This document shows, in pieces, positions 55,618-64,000 of a DNA stretch of 64,000 bases. How positions within the stretch are numbered: position 1 is the stretch's first letter; each line of letters opens with the position of its first letter. Where the stretch lies: positions 448,001-512,000 of the forward strand of contig CAWJTV010000036.1 of NCBI GenBank assembly GCA_963845755.1. The letters run 5' to 3'. The notes beneath the pieces were generated by a model. That model was not told the DNA's origin. It did not search any database and was given only the letters and a program-made list of their open reading frames with translations. This DNA is from an uncultured Planctomycetota bacterium (GTDB lineage Bacteria; Planctomycetota; Planctomycetia; Isosphaerales; Isosphaeraceae). The position numbers and the translations under genes were made by a program.

Positions 55618-57084
55618 TCACGCCGCCTTGGCCTTGGCTTCTAACTTGGAACGGATGACTTCCAGCGCTTTATCCAGCGCCTTGTCGACGAACGGCCGGG
55701 AGGACCGTCGCGTCCCCGAGCGCTTCGGCTGGGACTTTTCCGCCGCGTTCTTGGCAGTCGCCTTGCCCTTCTCCTTTTCCTGGGATGCCTCGGGCTTGGA
55801 CTCCGCTTTATCCTTCGATGTCTCGGCCTTGGCTTTCTCGGTCTCGGGCTTGGAGGCTGGAGTGCGGCGATGGCCCGCGGCCATGTCGCGGTCGCGGCGA
55901 TCCAGGAACCATTCGTAGTGCTGCCGCGAGGTCAGCTTCACCTCACACCCGGGATCGGGCGAAACTCCCCACTTGTCCGCCGTCTTTGCGTTCTTGAAGC
56001 GGTGGATGTTTTCCCCAGAGGGGCGATAGTAGCTGGCCACCGTGAGCTTCAGCACGCTCTGACCATCGTCGAGCTCGAAAATGTTCTGGACCGAACCCTT
56101 CCCGTAGGACCGCTGGCCGACGATCGTCGCGCGATGATGGTCCTGGAGGGCCGCGGAGACGATCTCGGACGCCGACGCCGAGTTCTGGTTGACCAGCACG
56201 ACCATCGGCATCTCTTCATACGCGGCGCCGTCCTTGCGCGCGCGGTAAGTCTTCGGCGGCGTGTTCCGCCCCTTGGTGCTGACGATCTCGCCCTTGTCGA
56301 GGAAGATGTCGGAGACCTCAACGGCGGCGCTGAGCAGGCCGCCGGGATCGTCGCGCAGATCGAGGATCAACCCCTTCACTCCCTCGTCCTTGAGCTCGTC
56401 GAGGGCCTTCTTCAACTCGTCCGCCGTGTTCTGGATGAAGCTGGTGATCCGGATGTAGCCGATCTTCTTGTCTTTATCCAGCAGGTAATCCCACTGATCG
56501 TCGGGCCTGCGGTGATCGCCCAGGACACTGGGCACTTCGATGATGGCACGGGTGATCGTGATCGGATCGGGCTCGTCCGACCCCTCATGCAGCACGCTGA
56601 GCTTGACTTCGGTGCCGGGCCGGCCGGTCAGGATCTTGGCGGCCGAATCCGGATTCATCCCCTCGGCCGGCTGTCCATCGATCTCGACGATCTGGTCTCC
56701 CGCCAGGATGCCTGCCTCGTAGGCTGGCGTTCCCACCATGGGGGCGATCACCCGCAGTCGCCCGGTCTCCGGGTCGACCCCGACCTGGATCCCGATCCCG
56801 CCGAACTTCCCTTCGATCTGCCGGCGAAACTGCATCCACTCGCCCGTGTTGATGAAGGTGGAGTGAGGATCGAGGTTCTGGAGCATCCCTTCCAGGGCAC
56901 TCTCGAGCAGTTCCCGGCGCGACACCGGACGAACATAGTTGACTTCGACCTTCTCCACGGCGTTGACGAACAAGCCGTAGAGCTCCATCATCTCGTCCTT
57001 GGGCTTGGCCCCCTGAGTGACCTGCCAGCAGAACAAGCTGACCGATCCGATCATCGCCAGGGCAAAAAAGTTCCGTCGCGGCAT
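55618..57084 (-). CDS. ctpA: S41 carboxyl-terminal processing protease with PDZ domain
   Basis: LDPHS, GGIGIQV (PDZ), LDLRDDPGG, SASASEI, GKGSVQ. Confidence 0.93.
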   Translation of the reverse strand: MPRRNFFALAMIGSVSLFCWQVTQGAKPKDEMMELYGLFVNAVEKVEVNYVRPVSRRELLESALEGMLQNLDPHSTFINTGEWMQFRRQIEGKFGGIGIQVGVDPETGRLRVIAPMVGTPAYEAGILAGDQIVEIDGQPAEGMNPDSAAKILTGRPGTEVKLSVLHEGSDEPDPITITRAIIEVPSVLGDHRRPDDQWDYLLDKDKKIGYIRITSFIQNTADELKKALDELKDEGVKGLILDLRDDPGGLLSAAVEVSDIFLDKGEIVSTKGRNTPPKTYRARKDGAAYEEMPMVVLVNQNSASASEIVSAALQDHHRATIVGQRSYGKGSVQNIFELDDGQSVLKLTVASYYRPSGENIHRFKNAKTADKWGVSPDPGCEVKLTSRQHYEWFLDRRDRDMAAGHRRTPASKPETEKAKAETSKDKAESKPEASQEKEKGKATAKNAAEKSQPKRSGTRRSSRPFVDKALDKALEVIRSKLEAKAKAA

Positions 57085-57489
57085 CGGCGAGTACCCTCCT
57101 CATCCGCCAGGACCAATCGTCTCACGGACCGACCGGCACGATCCGAGGATGAGGGCCCTCATCCCCGAACGAACCGCACGCCGTTGGCTGGTGTCTATGT
57201 CAAAGTCTAGTCGATTCTTAGCACGACTGGCAAGCTTGCTCCTTTGACTTCCGTCGGTCAGGCTTTCCGGCCGGATCTACTCGGCGCGTCGGGGGTAATC
57301 TCAACAAAGGGTGCTCACACGGAGGCGACTCTCTAATGGCTCAATTACCTATGACGAATGACCCGGAGAACGGTAAGCTGGACGTTCCGAACGAGTTCTT
57401 GGGACGGAATCGGGGGAATCCAAGACCTCGCCCCCCCCCTGCCCTGCCGCGCCGATCGAAGGTCGGCACTGATCCGACATGAGGCCATC

Positions 57490-59620
<2,131 letters not shown>

Positions 59621-59735
59621 GAGCGGCTGGAATCGAGGTCGTCTCTTTGCGGTGTTTTCGCGATGAGAGTTATGTCCCCAGGTATGGTATCGAGGGGAGG
59701 CCCCCCTGCGCTGAGCGAGCCAATTTGATCCCTCA

Positions 59736-60032
59736 TCAGGCCCGCGATTGCCAGATCGACGGATCTCGGGACGTGTGAAAGATGGAGATCACGATCACTT
59801 CCCCTGGCTCCTCCCGATAGAGGACGATGTACGGAAACTGTGTCACTCGGACCTTTCGGACCGGTCCGTACACAGGCGCATACATCTGGGGGTTCGCCGC
59901 GATCCGATTGAATGCCGCTTGAACCTGGGCGAAGAACCGGGATCCGAGGCCGGGCCGGCGTTGTTCATACCAATCGACAGCCTCGTTGACCTCAACCCTT
60001 GCCTCGGGCAAAAGCCGTACCGGAAGGATCAT
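59736..60032 (-). CDS. Type II TA toxin, RelE/ParE family
   Basis: LPEARVEVNEAVDWYEQRRPGLGSRF...FPYIVLY...IFHTSRDP; start overlaps the antitoxin stop. Confidence 0.88.
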   Translation of the reverse strand: MILPVRLLPEARVEVNEAVDWYEQRRPGLGSRFFAQVQAAFNRIAANPQMYAPVYGPVRKVRVTQFPYIVLYREEPGEVIVISIFHTSRDPSIWQSRA

Positions 60033-60259
60033 CGGGTCAGTCGATTCAGAATCTCGGCCTCCACTTGCTCCCAAGGAACGGCTGCCTGGGGGTTAGCCAG
60101 GTGTGCGGCCCAGCGGCGATCGACCTCCTGGCGCTGGGCTTCGGTCAATGGTGAAGCCTCGATGTCGGTGGCAATGCTGTCCCAGATTTCCTCGACGAGT
60201 TGGAGGCGCTCATCAACGCTCAGGCGGTCGATCCCCAGAGAAGTCATGAGTGTTTCCAT
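60029..60259 (-). CDS. Addiction module antitoxin component
   Basis: LSVDERLQLVEEIWDSI...LTEAQRQEVDRR...P..AVPWEQV. Confidence 0.88.
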   Translation of the reverse strand: METLMTSLGIDRLSVDERLQLVEEIWDSIATDIEASPLTEAQRQEVDRRWAAHLANPQAAVPWEQVEAEILNRLTR

Positions 60260-60510
60260 TGCCCGATCCTTTCAGAGTGGGTTGCAGTATAATCGATCAT
60301 GCCAGATCGATCGGTACGGGTGAAGACCAGTCTCACTTGGGAGAATCGGACAATCGGACCAGGATTACCGACTCCTGGAGCGAGGGAACGCGCCGGATTG
60401 TCGGCCGCCTCGCGTGAGGAGTAAGCTATCAGGAGCCAGCCGGATCCGTAGCGGCATCGACGACCGGGAACCGGAGCGGACCATCCACAACGGCTGGCGG
60501 AGGAGATCCT

Positions 60511-61270
60511 GTGTCGGCGCGGTCCTTGCTCGTAGTCTTCGACTCGATTTACCTCGTGGCTTTGACCGCCTGGGTTGGCAGCATCCTGTTCTTCTCGTTC
60601 GGGATCGCCCCGCTGATCTTTCGCGTTCTGGGCGCGGAGTCCGGCGCGAGGTTCGTCCGGGCGTTGTTCCCGCGTTATTACCTCTGGGCGCCGATTGCCG
60701 GATCCGTGGCGCTTCCCGGCTTATGTGGCCGGACCGCTGTGCTTCCCCGAATTCCGGGGGCCGCGGGTCGGCGTGCAGGCCCTGTTGATCCTGGGCTGCA
60801 TCCTGGTGATGCTCTACGGCGGGAACTCCCTGGTTCCCGCGATCAACCAGGCGCGCGACGCGGGGCCTGCCGGACACGACCGGTTCGTCCGGCTGCATCG
60901 CCGGTCGGTGCGGTTGAACGGGCTGGTCCTGGTCGTCGGGCTGGGCTCGCTGGTCGCCTTCGCGAGCCGTGCCGTCCCGAGGACGCAAGGGATCGAGGAA
61001 ATGACCCCCACGCAGCGGGCGCGCTATGGCGCGGCGGTCAGTCGTGTGATCGAGGACGTCGAGGCCCGGCATGGAATCCGCCCGGCCCGGATCCGCCAAC
61101 CCGGGGAATCCTCGGAGCCCGACCTGGTGCTCGACGCCGCAACCGTCCGGGAAATCGAATCTTACTATGATCGACTGCCGGGCCCCGAGCGGGTCGATCC
61201 GGGAGCGAAGATGGAGCGGATTCCCGACCGCGCGGGGACCGGCGGGGGAACACACTCTGGCGGACCATGA
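60511..61270 (+). CDS. DUF4149 family membrane protein; frameshift near 60720
   Basis: WVGSILFFSFGIAPLIFRVL...FPRYY; FVRLHRRSVRLN. Confidence 0.8.
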
Positions 61271-61369
61271 CGCGATTGGCGTAGACTCGAAGGATCACCC
61301 CGCGAGCCTCATGCATCCAAGAAGTGGGGTGTTCCTTCGCCCGTGTCCCGTGCAGGGATCCAGCCGACG

Positions 61370-62458
61370 ATGACGGCCGAGCCCCACAGCACCACGTTCG
61401 ACCCCGAGCCCGATCTCAGCCGTCGGAACCGTTCCGAACGCCTGCTGGCGACGCTGTCGCCGTTTCGCCGCGTGGTGACGGTCTCGCACGTCAATCCCGA
61501 TCCCGATTCCCTGGCCAGCATGCTGGGGATCAAGGCGCTCGTCGAAGCGGCCCAGCCCGGCAAGTCGGTCACCCTCACCTTCGATGGGATGATCGCCCGG
61601 TCCGAGAACCGGGCGATGGTCCAGTTGATCCCGATCCCGATGGTGCCGGTGGAGTCGGTGAATGTCGACGCGGAGACGGCCGTGGTGATGGTCGACACCC
61701 AGCCTTACACCGGCCGCCGTTTCAGCGAGGCGGCCATGCCCCAGGTCGTCATCGACCACCATGAAACGGGCGGGATCCTCGATGGCGTGCTCTTCAGCGA
61801 TATCCGCACGCATCTCGGCGCCACCAGCACGATGGTGACCGGCTATCTCCTGGAGCAGAAGGCGATGGTGTCGCCGGCGCTGGCCACCGCCTTGCTCTAT
61901 GGGATCGACTCGGAGACCATGGGCTATCCGCGGGAGGCCTGCTCGCTGGATGATGGGGCGCTCATCTGGCTCTTCCCCCGTGCCGACAAGGACCTCCTGG
62001 CCCAGATCCGCAATCCCAAGCTCCCCCAGAGCCATTTCGCCACGTTCTATAATGCCCTGGCCAACGCGTTCCTGTACGATAACGTCGTCGTCAGTTGGTG
62101 CGGCCCCGTCACCCAGCCGGACATCGTCGCCGAGATCGCGGACTTCTTCATCCGGTTCGACCAGGTCAACTGGTCGCTCGCCGTGGGCGACTTCGATGGG
62201 CAGATGAAGCTCTCGCTCCGCGCGGGCCAGCTCGGCGGCCGAGCGGGAGACATCCTCCATGCGGTCGTCAACGGCCTGGGCAATGCCGGCGGGCACGACA
62301 AGCGGGCCGGCGGTGCGATCACCCTCACCGATCACAGTCCGGGCGCCGTCGAGGCGCTGCTCCGCACGATCCGGCATCGTCTCCTCGATCAATTGCACAT
62401 CGACGAACAACAAGGCCGCCGGCTCCTCAATGATTGCCCAGTCATCCCGGCACCCTGA
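61370..62458 (+). CDS. DHH/DHHA1 family phosphoesterase
   Basis: HVNPDPDS, MVDT, IDHH, GATST, GIDSET, AGGH..RAGG. Confidence 0.92.
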   Translation: MTAEPHSTTFDPEPDLSRRNRSERLLATLSPFRRVVTVSHVNPDPDSLASMLGIKALVEAAQPGKSVTLTFDGMIARSENRAMVQLIPIPMVPVESVNVDAETAVVMVDTQPYTGRRFSEAAMPQVVIDHHETGGILDGVLFSDIRTHLGATSTMVTGYLLEQKAMVSPALATALLYGIDSETMGYPREACSLDDGALIWLFPRADKDLLAQIRNPKLPQSHFATFYNALANAFLYDNVVVSWCGPVTQPDIVAEIADFFIRFDQVNWSLAVGDFDGQMKLSLRAGQLGGRAGDILHAVVNGLGNAGGHDKRAGGAITLTDHSPGAVEALLRTIRHRLLDQLHIDEQQGRRLLNDCPVIPAP

Positions 62459-62600
62459 AGACCTCCGGCCGATGTCAAGAGGGAAGTACAATCGGAGCTT
62501 CGCCTCCACTTGCCCCGCCTGGCATTCGAAATGTAGAGTGTCTTAGTCTTCCGCGATCGGGAGCGAAACGACGAGATGGGCTACGATCCGTGACCGTGCA

Positions 62601-63350
62601 GTGAATCGACCGACGATGAGGCCAACCCCCCAACCTCCGACGCTCGAAGTCTACATGCTGGGGCTGGTCAACTTCGAAGAGGTCCAGCAACTCCAGCGCC
62701 GGATGGTCTACGAAGTCGGCGAATCGGGGATTGCGACACTCATCCTGTGCGAGCATCCGCCGACGATCAGCGTCGGCCGGACCGGCAGCCGCGCCCATAT
62801 TCTCGCCGATGACGAGGTGCTTCAGGGCCTGGGAGTGAAGGTCTACTATGTCAACCGCGGTGGGGGCTGCGTGCTGCATGTCCCGGGCCAGCTCGCGGTG
62901 TATCTGGCGCTGCCGCTGGAGCCTCTGGGCTTGAACGTTCAGGGTTACGTGGATCGATTGCATTCCACGATCCTGGGGGTCCTCGAAGAGTTCGATCTCA
63001 GCGGCGCCCTCCGGCCCGAGCTCCCGGGCGTCTTCTCGGGGCCGGCGCGAATCGCCACGGTCGGCGTCGCCGTGAACCGATGGATCGCCTATCATGGACT
63101 GACGCTGAACGTCGGCCCGTATCTCGAATTGTTCCACGTGCTGGAGGAGCCGGGGATCGGCAAGGCACCGCTCCGTCACACGTCGATGGAATCCCGCCGG
63201 CAGCGCCAGACGCCGATGCCGAAGGTGCGCGAGTCGCTCGTTCGCAAGGTCGAGGAGGTCTTCGGCCTGGAGCGGCACCACCTTTATACCCAGCACCCGC
63301 AGATCGGGCGAAAGACGCTTACCCATGTTTACGCTCCCAGTCCTGGATGA
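62601..63350 (+). CDS. lipB: Lipoyl(octanoyl) transferase LipB-like protein (atypical active site)
   Basis: LCEHPPTISVGR, RGG...H.PGQL.VY, HGLTLNV; adjacent to lipA. Confidence 0.8.
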   Translation: MNRPTMRPTPQPPTLEVYMLGLVNFEEVQQLQRRMVYEVGESGIATLILCEHPPTISVGRTGSRAHILADDEVLQGLGVKVYYVNRGGGCVLHVPGQLAVYLALPLEPLGLNVQGYVDRLHSTILGVLEEFDLSGALRPELPGVFSGPARIATVGVAVNRWIAYHGLTLNVGPYLELFHVLEEPGIGKAPLRHTSMESRRQRQTPMPKVRESLVRKVEEVFGLERHHLYTQHPQIGRKTLTHVYAPSPG

Positions 63351-64000
63351 ACCGACGGCTCAGGCCCCCGGCGAGGGCCGCGGCGGATCGCGTCGGCTCC
63401 CCGACTGGCTGAAGCGGCCGATCCCGGCAGCCGGGGGAATGGCCTTTACCCGGAAGCTGGTCGAAGAGCTGGGACTCGAGACCGTCTGCGAGAGCGCCCG
63501 CTGTCCGAACCGCTCCGAGTGCTGGACGCGACGGACCGCCACGTTCATGATCCTGGGCGATGTCTGCACGCGCCCCTGTGGCTTCTGCGCAGTGAAACGA
63601 GGACGGCCCGAGGCTGTTGCCTTCGACGAGCCGGAGCGGCTCGCCGAGGCCTGCCATCGGCTCGGCCTGCGGCACGTCGTGATTACCTCCGTCACCCGCG
63701 ACGACCTGCCCGACGGCGGCGCGGAGCACTTCCGCCAATGCGTCGTGGCCGTTCGACAGCGGACCGGCGCCACGATCGAAGTGCTCACGCCCGACTTCGA
63801 CGGCCGGCACGAGTTGATTGACACCGTTCTCCTGTCCCGCCCGGAGGTCTTCAACCACAACCTCGAGACGATCGCCCGGCTCCAGCAACACGTGCGACGG
63901 AAGAGCCGCTATGACGTGAGCCTGTCCGTCCTGGCGCACGCCAAGGCGTCCTGTCCCGCGACGCGGACCAAGAGCGGCCTGATGCTCGGACTCGGCGAGA
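63325..64000 (+). CDS. lipA: Lipoyl synthase (radical SAM); runs off window edge
   Basis: Manual translation from ATG 63325: RLPDWLK, TVCESARCPNRSECW, CTRPCGFC, VVITSVTRDDLPDGGA, FNHNLET, TKSGLMLGLGE. Confidence 0.95.
   Translation, partial: MFTLPVLDEPTAQAPGEGRGGSRRLPDWLKRPIPAAGGMAFTRKLVEELGLETVCESARCPNRSECWTRRTATFMILGDVCTRPCGFCAVKRGRPEAVAFDEPERLAEACHRLGLRHVVITSVTRDDLPDGGAEHFRQCVVAVRQRTGATIEVLTPDFDGRHELIDTVLLSRPEVFNHNLETIARLQQHVRRKSRYDVSLSVLAHAKASCPATRTKSGLMLGLGE

Overview
GC-rich bacterial chromosomal DNA, most likely from a planctomycete (Isosphaeraceae-like). Supporting markers: a DUF1559 prepilin-like gene, 'LE.LE.R.LL' (LEPR-XLL/Planc_extracel) N-termini, an ECF sigma + Ser/Thr kinase-WD40 module and Uma2 nucleases. 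The window is mostly housekeeping and envelope genes (leuB, rtcB, uvrA, queC, rpmA-obgE-coaX, nagB, lpxI/lpxD, tsaD, ctpA, fusA, lipB-lipA). About 19 single-base frameshifts, some in conserved genes, are best explained as unpolished long-read errors. Best candidate for an undescribed system: a co-oriented locus (33.3-40.2 kb) of a TolC-family channel, three tandem paralogous LEPR-XLL proteins of unknown function, and an isolated SctK-like/SctQ(FliN)-like type III sorting-platform pair. Other highlights: a ~2,100-aa mosaic surface protein ending in a sedolisin (S53) protease, downstream of an ECF/kinase module; two palindromic repeats translated in frame inside that kinase; three distinct GTAG-REP doublets; inverted heptamer-repeat elements; a tandem duplication of a Wza-like gene with a visible scar; and a LipB lacking its canonical catalytic Lys/Cys. 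No rRNA, tRNA, CRISPR array or transposase was recognised. All calls come from motif reading, not database searches.
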